From the NCBI RefSeq assembly GCF_002113885.1, contig NW_018407700.1:2893877-2957876 (forward strand): 64,000 nucleotides of DNA, in the 5' to 3' direction. Both the position numbers and the translations under genes were made by a program. Positions within the stretch are counted from its first letter, which is position 1; each line of letters begins with the position of its first letter. Shown here piece by piece: positions 52,053 to 64,000 of this stretch. The notes under the pieces are model-generated. The model was not told where the DNA came from. It made no database searches and saw only the letters and a list, made by a program, of their open reading frames with translations. This stretch comes from Mizuhopecten yessoensis (taxonomy: Eukaryota).

Positions 52053-54940
52053 GTGAGAGCACAGGTACTAGCCTCGTCTCTCAGTACACCTATAAGATTA
52101 TAGTATAGGTGTATTGACAGACCAGGCTAGTACCTGTGGTGAGAGGACAGGTACTAGCCTCGTCTCTCAGTACACCTATAAGATGATAGTATAGGTGTAT
52201 TGACAGACCAGGCTAGTACCTGTGGTGAGAAGACAGGTACTAGCCTCCTCTGTCAGTACACCTATAAGATTAAAGTATAGGTATATTGACAGACCAGGCT
52301 ATAGTACCTGTGGTGAGAGGACAGGTACTAGCCTCGTCTGTCAGTACACCAATAAGATTATAGTATAGGTGCATTGACAGACCAGGCTAGTACCTGTGGT
52401 GAGAAGACAGGTACTAGCCTCCTCTGTCAGTACACCTATAAGATTATAGTATAGGTATATTGACAGACCAGGCTAGTACCTGGGGTTAGAGGACAGGTAC
52501 TAGCCTTGTCTGTCAGTAAACCTATAAGATTATAGTATAGGTGTATTGACAGACCAGGCTAGTACCTGGGGTGAGAGGACAGGTACTAGCCTCGTCTGTC
52601 AGTACACCTATACGATTATAGTCTAGGTGTATTGACATACCAGGCTAGTACCTGTGGTGAGAGGACAGGTACTAGCCTCGTCTTGCAATACACCTATAAG
52701 ATTATAGTATAGGTGGATTGACAGACCAGGCTAGTACCTGTGGTGAGAGCACAGGTTCTAGCCTCGTCTGTCAGTACACCTATAAGATCTCTCAGTACAC
52801 CTATAAGATGATAGTATAGGTGTATTAACAGACCAGGCTAGTACCTGTGGTGAGAGGACAGGTACTAGCCTTTTCTGTCAGTACACCTATAAGATTATAT
52901 TATAGGTGTATTGACAGCCCAGGCTAGTTCCTGTGGTGAGAGGACAGGTACTAGCCTCGTCTTGCAATACACCTATAAGATTATAGTATAGGTGTATTGA
53001 CAGACCAGGCTAGTCCCTGTGGTGACAGGACAGGTACTAGCCTCGTCTGTCAATACACCTATAAGATTATAGTATATGTGTATTGACAGACCAGGCTAGT
53101 GCCTGTAGTGAGAGGACAGGTACTAGCCTTGTCTGTCAGGACACCTATAAGATTATATTATAGGTGTATTGCCAGACCAGGCTAGTACCTGTGGTGAGAG
53201 GACAGGGACTAGCCTCGTCTGTCAGTACCCCTATAAGATTATAGTTTAGGTGTATTGACAGACCAGACTAGTACCTGTGGTGAGAGGACAGGTACTAGCC
53301 TCGTCTTGCAATACACCTATAAGATTATAGTATAGGTGTAATGACAGACTAGGCTAGTCCCTGTGGTGAGAGGACAGGTACTAGCCTCGTCTTGCAATAC
53401 ACCTATAAGATTATAGTATAGGTGTAATGACAGACTAGGCTAGTGCCTGTGGGGAGAGGACAGGTACTAGCCTCGTCTGTCAATACACCTATAAGATTAT
53501 AGTAAAGGTATATTGACAGCCCAGGCTAGTACCTGTAGTGAGAGGACAGGTACTAGCCTTGTCTGTCAGGACACCTATAAGATTATATTATAGGTGTATT
53601 GCCAGACCAGGCTAGTACCTGTGGTGAGAGGACAGGGACTAGCCTCGTCTGTCAGTACCCCTATAAGATTATAGTTTAGGTGTATTGACAGACCAGGTTA
53701 GTACCTGTGGTGAGAGGACAGGTACTAGCCTCGTCTTGCAATACACCTATAAGATTATAGTATAGGTGTATTGACAGCCCAGGCTAGTACCTGTGGTGAG
53801 AAGACAGGTCCTAGCCTCCTCTGTCAGTACACCTATAAGATTATAGTATAGGTATATTGCCAGACCAGGCTAGTACCTGTGGTGAGAGGACAGGCACTAG
53901 CCTCGTCTCTCAGTACACCTATAAGATGATAGTATAGGTGTATTAACAGACCAGGCTAGTACCTGTGGTGAGAGGACAGGCACTAGCCTCGTCTCTCAGT
54001 ACACCTATAAGATGATAGTATAGGTGTATTGACAGACCAGGCTAGTACCTGTGGAGAGAGGACAGGTACTAGCCTCTACTGTCAGTACACCTATACGATT
54101 ATAGTATAGGTGTATTGACATACCAGGCTAGTACCTGTGGTGAGAGGACAGGTACTAGCCTCGTCTGTCAATACACCTATAAGATTATAGTATAGGTGTA
54201 TTGACAGACCAGACTAGTACCTGTGGGGAGAGGTCAGGGACTAGCCTCGTCTGTCAGTACACCTATAAGATCTCTCAGTACACCTATAAGATGATAGTAT
54301 AGGTGTATTAACAGACCAGGCTAGTACCTGTGGTGAGAGGAGAGGGACTAGCCTCGTCTGTCAGTACACCTATAAGATTATAGTATAGGTGGATTGGCAG
54401 ACCAGGCTAATACCTGTGGTGAGAGGACAGGTACTAGCCTTGTCTGTAAATACACCTATAAGATTATAGTATAGGTGTAATGACAGACTAGGCTAGTGCC
54501 TGTGGTGAGAGGACAGGTACTAGCCTCGTCTGTCACTACACCTATACGATTATAGTATAGGTGTATTTACAGACAAGGCTAGTCCCTGTCCTCTCACCAC
54601 AGGCATTAGCCTGGTCTGCCAATCCACCTATACTATAATCTTATGGGTGTATTTACAGACGAGGCTAGTACCTGCCCTCTCACCACAGGTACTAGCCTCG
54701 TCTTGCAATACACCTATAAGATTATAGTTTAGGTGTATTGACAGACCAGGCTAGTACTGTGGTGAGGGGACAGGTACTAGCCTCGTCTGTCAGTACACCT
54801 ATAAGATTATAGCATAGGTGTATTGACAGACCAGGCTAGTACCTGTGGTGAGGGGACAGGTACTAGCCTCGTCTGTCAGTCCACCTATAAGATTATAGTA
54901 TAGGTGTATTGACAGACCAGGCTAGTGCCTGTGGTGAGAG
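52053..54940. repeat. 86-bp palindromic satellite, ~33 units: 79-bp mini P-like element plus 7-bp TSD GTGAGAG
   Basis: Unit = 35-bp arm + 9-bp loop (AGATTATAG) + 35-bp inverted arm + GTGAGAG. The arms match the TIRs of the 11826-12508 element. Confidence 0.95.
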
Positions 54941-55659
54941 GACAAAACATTGTACTCCACCAGCTCATCATATCATAATATATGTCCAGTTGTACACCGG
55001 TCAGTCATTTTGAGGGACATATATATATATAATTACACCTGCACTCTGCCAGAGATGCTGGTTCGGTGCCGTATCGTAGTGACTGTGTATATATGAAATC
55101 ATGGTGATTTGTGCCATGCTCATTTTGGTATGTCTCTAAAAAGTCTATCTGTGATCGAATATCAAGAAGTTAAGTTAACGTAAGTATTTCCTATAAGAAT
55201 GTTTGAAATCATAAACATACTGGATAATGAAAATATGCCCCACTTAAAGTGTGGATATGAAACAGGTGGTCAAGAAGCATCAACTGCTTAAAAACAGATC
55301 AGAGACATATAAAGTATATACGTCTCTGAAAAGATCGAGGATCAGGTAAATCAGGAAAATACTGATAACATTTTGACAAGTCAAATGAAAGGAAGTCTAC
55401 ACCCCAGACTAACGGGGCAGGATCGTGCACCGGATATCTTCTGTGTAAGTCAGATTTACGACACGCTACATTGTATTTGTTATTTTGTTCCAAACCAAAC
55501 TAAGGTACCACATGTAGTACTCGTTCACATATACTATAGTTTACACAATATTATATATTGTTAAGGGGTTAGAAATATACACTGACGCTTATTTAAGTCA
55601 TAGCGACCCTCTGTACATAACGGTCCACGATCACGTGTGGTTTCATAGATCCTTTGATC

Positions 55660-56020
55660 GGTCGTTATACACAGGTATCCCTGTGTTTTAGTTTCATTTG
55701 ACATACCAATAACACCATACAATAACAGTAATATCAATCGTTATACAAAGGTGTTCAAGTGGTAAAAAAATCATTTGACATACCGATAATACCATTGCAC
55801 AAAATCGATAACATTTACTAAAACATTAAACATTAGATCGTTCGCTATACACAGGTGTCCCTGTGTTTTAGTTTCATTTGACATACCCGTAGCAACACAG
55901 AATAAAACATTAGGATCTGTCGCTATACACAGGTGTCCCTGTGTTTTAGTTTCATTTGACATACCCATAGCAACACGGAATAAAACATTAGGATCTGTCG
56001 CTATATACATGTGTCCCTGT
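55660..56020. repeat. ~78-bp tandem repeat (CGCTATACACAGGTGTCCCTGTGTTTTAGTTTCATTTGACATACC...), ~4 copies
   Basis: Copies at ~55663, 55843, 55921 and 55999. Confidence 0.8.
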
Positions 56021-56484
56021 GCTCGAAGTACATTAGAAATGCCAATGTCATGTACTAGAGTATTAGGATTTACGTGTACCAATAGATTGTACACAAAAAC
56101 AACATGATGTCTAATAAAACAGTATTATGTAGGTACACTGAGAAAATAAATACATCACATGTGTGGTGTATGCGCCACTAGTGCACTTGCAATCATCAAC
56201 CAGATTATCCACAAATTTATCATACGTTTAATCACTTGCCATAGTTTCTTTAACATTGAACAACATTGTGATTTCTTGGGTTACAATTCATGAAAGTGTC
56301 GCACCTTAGTCGAAGAAAAGCAGTAAGTTTAGTTTTAAAACTAAAAGAGTTTCTTATACAGGCATCCAGAGAGTTCCAGTTATTCAAGTAGAGAAGAAGA
56401 TACCGTAACTACAAAGAATCAGAGATTCTGAGTCGATTATACAGGCCATGTACAAATGTTTGGCTAATAATCTTAGACGACAGC

Positions 56485-56811
56485 TGTAGCGGAATTAGAC
56501 TTGTGTCGTTAGAGCTTCGGTCTAGAGTTTGGATGGTCCCGGGTTCGAATCCCGGTTTGATCGTGCATTTCTCTACTCCTGTTACTAAAGTGGTGCCGTG
56601 ACCAACCATTGTTACACGTTCTGTGTGTATGCGTGTGGAGGAGATACCCGAACCTGTAAATAGTAGTGTCTTCAGGGGCGAAGGCTTAGAAACTAGCTAA
56701 AGTCTGGGTCGTTCGACAGCTATACCGGGTAGCTCATTTGGTTGAACACCGTACGCGTCCGTCTAGTGATCGGATGGTCCTGGCTTCCAATCCCGGTCAT
56801 CTCCTGTTACA
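56485..56811 (+). mobile_element. TRIM-like element with tRNA-like terminal direct repeats
   Basis: TG...CA ends. Two related segments (..GGATGGTCCCGGGTTCGAATCCCGGT..CTCCTGTTAC) and a PBS-like TGGTGCCGTGACC right after the first. Confidence 0.6.
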
Positions 56812-56967
56812 GCTGCGCGACTTACGTAATGTAATAAATGCCCTATCCTACATAAATCGCTATTGTTTTTGAAGTTTCGCCTTGTTTATCGTGAATTTTA
56901 AGTATCGTCAAAGAATCCTTTCTTGGTGAGATCTAACATTTGATAGCGTCACACCTATGAAATATTG

Positions 56968-57015
56968 TGACGTCATGTCAATTATTGGCCCATGACGTCA
57001 TGTTGCTATGTAAAC
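56968..57015 (+). promoter_or_regulatory. CRE - CCAAT - CRE - RFX X-box promoter module
   Basis: TGACGTCA 56968, ATTGG 56984, TGACGTCA 56993, GTTGCTATGTAAAC 57002, followed by a donor GAG|GTGAGT at 57047. Confidence 0.55.
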
Positions 57016-57208
57016 ACATAAACTTGTTTGCGGGAGAAAGAAAAGAGGTGAGTGAATTACCATTACTCTTGCTTGAACGATTCTTTTCATTCGATGGATT
57101 CAAAAATCAGTATTCCTTTACAAGCAAATTTGTAAATGTTAATTAAACTATATAAACTTTCCGTATGTTATGCCACAGTTGATATCAAGGGTTGACTACC
57201 ATACAACA

Positions 57209-60200
57209 ATGGGCAGTTTTTCTGATGGATCCAGTCAAAACAAGATGTCGCTCCTTCTCAGAGGCTGTTTTGGTTGCCGTCGGAAGTCAAGCGAACTGTC
57301 TGAGAAGAAAACTAAAAAAGCCAGGTTATCTCTGATCAATCGCCTGAGGATACGGTGCTTACAAAGAACTGATGCATCTGAAACAGATGTCTGCAAAGTT
57401 ACGAAAGAAAAGAATAGTGTTTTGTCCAGAGCCAGGGAAGGCATGAATTGGCCTCTGTTAAGAATGACAGAGCGGTGTACTATTTTTCTCAGAAATTTCC
57501 ACATGAACTGGCGGTACTTCCAAGCGTTAAAGTCCGAAGGCCTCCTAGTGACGATTGCTTCATCAGTGGCATCGCCTGTTCTCAACATAGCATGGCTCTT
57601 CACGGACGGTGAAATAACGAACACCCGTCAGTCATTTCACTCATCGCACCAGAAATCCAACTGGGACGTCGTTATTTATACGGGGATTACGGTGGAAATG
57701 AAAGCCAACTTTAACTACGATCACGTCAACGAGCCAATATTAGACGGTTTACCCTGCTCGTATTGGCTGGAGATGATCGAGCCGACCATCCCCATTATAT
57801 TGGATCTGTTTTCAATGAGGCACAGAAAGACTAACTTGAGCAGACTAAGGTAGTATTTACTGAACCATGTAACTCTAGAAGTTAGTTTGTCTATGTAACG
57901 CTGCAAACATTGTAACCTGTCTATACCGAATACGAAGTGTAGAACACTTTTCCAGAAAACAAGACACGGGGACATGGTCTCCAAAATAAAGACTGTCTGT
58001 ACCGTACTAAAGTTATAGAACACTTGTCCAGTACAAGATACGGGAAAGGGGTATCCAAAACATTCACTGTCTATACCGGACACAAGTTATAGAACACTTG
58101 TCCAGGAAACAAGATACGAGGAAGGGGGTCTCCAAAATATAGACTCTCTATACCGGAAACAAGTTATAGAACACTTGTCCAGTACAAGATACGGGAAGGA
58201 GGGTGTCCAAAGTATAAACTGTCTATACCGGACACGAGTTATAGAACACTTGCCCAGTATACAAGACACGGGGAAGGGGGTCTCCAAATTAAAGACTATT
58301 AACCGGACACGAGTTATAGAACACTTGTCCAGTACAAGATACGGGAAAGAGGGTGTCCAAAATATAGACTGTCTATACCGGACACGAGTTATAGAACACT
58401 TGCCCAGTATACAAGACACGGGGAAGGGGGTCTCCAAAATAAAGACTATTAACCGGACACGAGTTATAGAACACTTGTCCAGTATACAAGACACTGGGAA
58501 GGGGGTCTCCAAAACATAAACTGTCTATACCGGACACAAGTTATAGACACTTTTTCAATATAAAAGATACGCGAAAGGAAGTGTCTGAATTCGTGTCCAG
58601 TATAGTAGACAACGGGTAAGGAATTGTCTGTATTCGTGTCCAGTATAGTAGACAACGGGTAAGGAATTGTCTGAATTCGTGTCCAGTATAGTAGACAACG
58701 GGTAAGGAATTGTCTGAATTCGTGTCCAGTATAGTAGACAACGGGTAAGGAATTGTCTGAATTCGTGTCCAGTATAGTAGACAACGGGTAAGGAATTGTC
58801 TGAATTCGTGTCCATTATACTAGTCAACGGGAAAGGAAGTGTCTGAATTCGTGTCCAGTATACTTAGACAACGAGAAAGGAAGTGTCTGAATTCGTGTCT
58901 AGTATACTTAGACAACGGGGAAGTATCTAAATCCGGACCCAGCATCCAGTATGTTTAATACTGATTTACATGTACACAACGGGACAGTCTCCAATATATA
59001 ACCTGTCTATACCTGACGTGAGTTACTAGAATTACGGAAGCAAAGATATAAATAGAATCCATCCCTAATGTAAAGAGTCACTTCGTTTTGCGGTCTAGAC
59101 ATAGATAGATACATTTGTTAATCTAATCTAAACTGAAATGTAATTTAAAAAGTACAAAAGAACATTTCTATAGCACAAAATAAGTGTCATGTTTTATATA
59201 AATTACAAATACAGCTGTATCAAATTCTCATGTGCCTGTGGTTTCATTGACAGATTTACATTTTTGTGTTATATGAATGATATACAGTAGGTCTGCCAAT
59301 CAAGGGATATATAAGCTTACTTCGAAGTGTGTTAAATGTATTGCAGGGCCTTTGAGTATATATATGAAGACTTCATGACCCGCCATGGAGATACATTTAC
59401 GGACCAACTTGATCCGAATATGCAAGGCCCCCATCAGTTGCTGGTGAACCGGATACACAACACGCCTTTCCCGACCATGGAACTCGGCACCACGGCTGCC
59501 TTAGTGCACAATGCCATGATCAACAGGGAACGTCAATTTCAGGTACGCTAGTTGTGAGGGCATACATTGATTACCTACATGTACGTGTGTGGTCCAACAC
59601 ATACTGTATATATAATACAAACGTCATGTGGGCAATATAGTTATTTAGTGCGACATGTGTGTAAGCATGTAATAGGACTGGACTGCCAAAGCCCTGCCGT
59701 CAACCCTGGTTCGATGTGGTTGACCTTTGGCTTCTGTGATCAAGCACTCAATAAATACCGTAAGAACACTCAACGCAATGTATATTTATACCCTTCGATT
59801 TTATTTATTTACACCCAAATATTCCTTATATCACTAAAACATAAACTAAACGAAACAAGCTACCAGCGAATCAATGCTACCGCAGTAGGGTCAAAGGCAT
59901 ATCGTTTTCGTTACACATATGTTCATTCTTCAGATACACATTCAGTAAATGAATAGTATATCGGTCATTTGCACACGTGTTTTAAAATTAGGTCAAGGAG
60001 TCATATACCATTCATAATCTTTACTATTTTTGTTATTACATTACAGTATTCCATACTTCATTGCAGAAATGATACTCTCCAAAATATATAATTCAGATAT
60101 ATTATCCTCCATTACACAAAATTGTAATATACATTGTAATACACATAATCCCCAAGTAACAGGAGAAGCAACTCTGAAACATCCCTTTACAAGCACACAC

Positions 60201-63200
60201 TACTATCTATGTTCAGGCACGTCGCTGTGTGGATATACAATGTATGTATGACGTATTGACTATCAGGCACCACACGTGTTTTTTCATATGTGGTGAATTG
60301 ATCTTGGCGCGACACATCTGTGTACATGTATACATTGTCAATATTTTCAGGCAGCATTTCAGATGTTCCTTGAAACTTGACAGAGAGGGTCACACAATGC
60401 TTTTCGGCTTCTAATAAAATATGCTGTAAAATTATGTTTTCGCACTATGCCCAAGATTTCGTCCTGCACATCTGTGGATAAATATATGCTAACATAACTT
60501 CAGGCATCACACTTGTGTGAAAATGCACTGCACACCTATGTAGACATACACTGTGCATAATTTTATCCATTTATACATTACACTGTACATAACTTCAAGA
60601 ATTAACAAAAAAACGTTAACGAATTAGATTCGAGGAAACTATTTAAATACAGATAGAATCCAAACATCTTTAAACCTGACTAAGACATTGACATTTAACA
60701 TCACACATTTTGATGAAAACAAAATCATTGTGATCAACTTGAAACGTGGATTGGGGTTTGGAGTGTAAGGTATGACTCTCCCTATACTTGATAATATTTT
60801 AAAACAAATAGGCTAGTAGAACAACAGCAATGACAAGGACACTTGATTATAGGATCTTTCTCTGTTTTCAAGGAACCGTTCAGGTGTCGGAGACCTAACC
60901 ATCGGAGCCGCTGTACCACGAGACCCCGTCCAGTGTCTATACTATCACGACGAGGCTGCACGCCCGAGTTGGTGCAAGACATTGTTCCTAATCCAAATGG
61001 TTCTATTACTACCCAGAACTCAACAGGGCTTGTGGCCGACCCGGACTGTACTGACAGTCTGGAAAATCGTGATCCCAATTGGTATGTGCCGGTTATTCTA
61101 CAACTTGCCGCATGTTCCCAGCTACAATTTCCAGACGGCTGCAGTTACAGGTCTGACGATGATGATATCTCCGAGTGTTCGGAAACTGACGTTGTGTGTT
61201 CTCAAGGACAATTTCTCGACGTCAATGACACAGGTTGCGATAATAATATTGTCGGACGTTCGGGCATGAGTGATGTATGTTTCCCAACAAAATCCCACAG
61301 CGTCACGTTTGATGATGATATCGCTGGATGTTCAAGCATGGGGGTCGAGCCATGCAGCTCCGAGGAGAATATCATCGGTTTCCTTATTTGCAAAAGCGAA
61401 ATAAACGAGGTGTTTACTACAGCAGATGACACTAGTGGAAGATCTGGGACACTCAGTGCGGTGGTTGATGAAGGAGACATCGATGAGTATGTAGATTTGA
61501 TTTTGGAGAAAGCAGTTACATCCATTGGCTCGATTCAAGGGAGATTGGAAAACGCCCATGATTTGCCACCATGTTATTCAAGTTCGATTGACACCACAGA
61601 GCCTATTCCAATGGCAGTTCCTCGGTCACCAAGCAACATTGTCTTTGGTTCAGGTGAAACTTGCCTTTCCACACGAGATATGGAGGAACAAAGTATCCCG
61701 TGCAGTCCCTGTCCACATCTTTATCATGATGAATGTGTCATCGATGAGATAGCATTAATGAACTTGAACCAATCATCTTCCAATTATAAATACATTGGTC
61801 ATCCTGAACGTTGTATGATAGACGCATGTTTGAGAAATACCAAACAGATAATCCCCATGTTCCATCCAAACCAGCACTGCTCAAAGCCAACATTCTCAGC
61901 AGGGAAAGGAGGAACTGCTGTACCAAACACTAGGTGTTTTCCTGAAGACTGTTTGAGTGTGAAACTCGCAATGCTGAATACTAACCAGTCCGCCCTGAGC
62001 CACCATACACAGCACCGGTTCAGAAACAGATGTGAACATTCCCCAGATACGTGGTTTTATCATGCAAACGAAAATGTTTACAAGCCTGAAACACTCCGCC
62101 CAGATTCATCGGATTTACGATTTCGGAAGGCGTCGATTCATTTGTATATCAAAGAAATGACAGATGCCAACATATGCAATCCAAAGGCACCAGAAATAAT
62201 AAGGACCTTTGAAGGCAGCAGAGGCCCCCTTGGTCGAAGGTTCTTTGTAAACTGTGCGACTGAATTGCTGAATGAAATCGATAAGAAAGAGTCTACACGG
62301 TGGATACCAACTAAGAAGCAACGGTGGGAATTTAGGGTAGGTATAAACAATTTAACAATCGTGTGTCTGAAAAGAATCGTTCAGATAAGATTGGTAAGTT
62401 TTAACTTTAATCAACCAAAAGCTGTACATAAATTATAGCGTTAATTGATTTGGCTTCTGTAGTTCAATTTAGAATCCAGCTGCAAATTTCTGCTCTTCTG
62501 GAATCAATGATTGATATTGGATACTGTATGACTGATAAAAGGAATTTGACTGGATTGTATCATTTCACATTAATACGAATGTCACCTTTATTCATAGTAT
62601 GTAAGCCAGGTACATGCATATCATGTTTGGTTCATCCGTACTATCGTTTGAATATTTTAAATAAGTATTTTTCATATTTCACGTAAGTATATCGATTGTG
62701 ATAGTTTATTGCATTTCAACTGTCAATAATAGATTCTCTGTACATAAAAGTACTGTATCTTCAAAGTTTCAAAATTTAATTCCAGAACCGTTCTGAAGTG
62801 TCTGTAGCTCTTGTAGAGGAGGCAGCTAATACCGAGCCCGAATTACCAAACAGACAACGAATTCCAGTGTTTGAAACAACGCAAAGAAAACACACAATTG
62901 TCGAAGGCGAACGAAGAAAAGTTGTCCCAAAGAAAAAACGAAAGACCAAGCGGCGAAACACGTTTCATGTTTCCAAGAGTAAAGATAAGAAGGAAACGTC
63001 TAGACTTGCGGAAGATTCAACCGAGGACACTGATGCTGATCTACCTGGAAATCACCTTCGCTCGCGAGGAGACGAGTCGCAAGGATCAATATTCCCTTTT
63101 TCAGAAAATTGCACAACAACGAAAGAAACAAATCCCGTATGTGACAAAGAGAAAGGTAAATGTGATTTTAGTGAAAAGACACATTCCGCTGAATATGAAC

Positions 63201-64000
63201 ATTCGGAAGAATTATGGAAGCAGCATATAAAAAGCCAAAACAAATCATGCAATACAGCCGAAAAAGTAGTCGAACTCGGCAAACATATCGAAGCGGGCGT
63301 TTGCAACAAAGTCCATGGTAATAGAACATCCACGCCATATCCTACCAGCATCAGATATACGCGAAGCGCAGATTCGCAACGAAATGGGCGAGCAAATGTT
63401 GCTGGGGGTAGTAGGAGTGGTGACAAATCACAAGTTTCACGTACGGATCAATTAAGAGAAGGAAGAAACATAAAAGTAAATACTAGTCATCACAGTTACA
63501 TTGGTAATAATTCAACTCTTCATCGTAGATCACACTCGCAGAACATTACATCCACAGTGCAGTGCGGCGCGGCAGGTTACCAATCCCGAGCCAGCAAGCA
63601 AAATTTGTCATATTCTAAACGAAGCCGTCAGCCTCAAAGTAAAAGAGAGACTTCCAGCGAATATACCACTCAAGATGTGACTAGCAACAGAAGTGTGTCA
63701 ACGAAGGAACAAAGATATGATCTACACTCACAGAGAATATACGTGGGGGAGAATGAAGAAGTAAGCTCCATCAATGTGCAACCATCGGATTCTACAGATC
63801 AAACAAAGCATCTGCTGAAAAATTCTTTGGCGTGTACAGATGATTCTGACGCCAATAAAAACGGCATACAGCATAGAAAATGTCCATCCTTTCATGGGAG
63901 TCAACGACCCATTGACCGCCAGAAAAAGTATGTGTCTTCTGCAAACGACGCAGATTCAAGCTCAAGCAATTGCAAAGATGAACCAAAAAAGAAATCCAAA
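57209..64000 (+). CDS. Uncharacterised large protein, 3' end outside the window
   Basis: Exons 57209-57849, 59347-59542, 60873-62336 (alternative in-phase donor 62393), 62786->64000. The last exon is open to the window end and is missing from the ORF track. Phases are consistent; no recognisable domain. Confidence 0.7.
57915..58560. repeat. ~65-75-bp compound minisatellite (ACCGGACACGAGTTATAGAACACTTGTCCAGTACAAGA...)
   Basis: Direct periodicity, including a two-unit higher-order repeat. Confidence 0.85.
58575..58920. repeat. 43-bp minisatellite (AATTCGTGTCCAGTATAGTAGACAACGGGTAAGGAATTGTCTG), ~8 copies
   Basis: Near-perfect periodicity. Confidence 0.9.

Noticed and set aside
52053-54940. CRISPR array
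   Set aside because: Spacers are an invariant 7-mer, there are no cas genes, and the context is eukaryotic.
56485-56560. tRNA gene
   Set aside because: Only a T-loop/B-box is good; no intact cloverleaf, and it sits inside a repeat element.
58087-58827. Several overlapping repetitive ORFs
   Set aside because: Translations of intronic minisatellites.

Overview
AT-rich, intron-rich animal genomic DNA with two assembly gaps (9468-10195, 43078-43165). The repeat families resemble those of bivalve molluscs; this is an inference. Five spliced genes were reconstructed by hand with GT-AG boundaries and consistent phases: (1) a classical SDR oxidoreductase on the minus strand that runs off the left edge; (2) head-to-head with it, a ~550-aa secreted protein with an N-terminal His-brace LPMO-like domain followed by a probable beta-propeller; (3) a ~1070-aa divergent HMG-box protein carrying about 13 copies of a 24-aa coding repeat; (4) OSTM1; (5) a large uncharacterised gene running off the right edge. 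The rest is MITEs, CR1/L2-type LINE pieces, SINE/TRIM-like elements and minisatellites. The best leads are the LPMO-like/propeller gene, a 2.9-kb satellite made of a 79-bp mini P-type transposon plus its own 7-bp TSD, and an intronic minisatellite that is an amplified copy of a splice acceptor.
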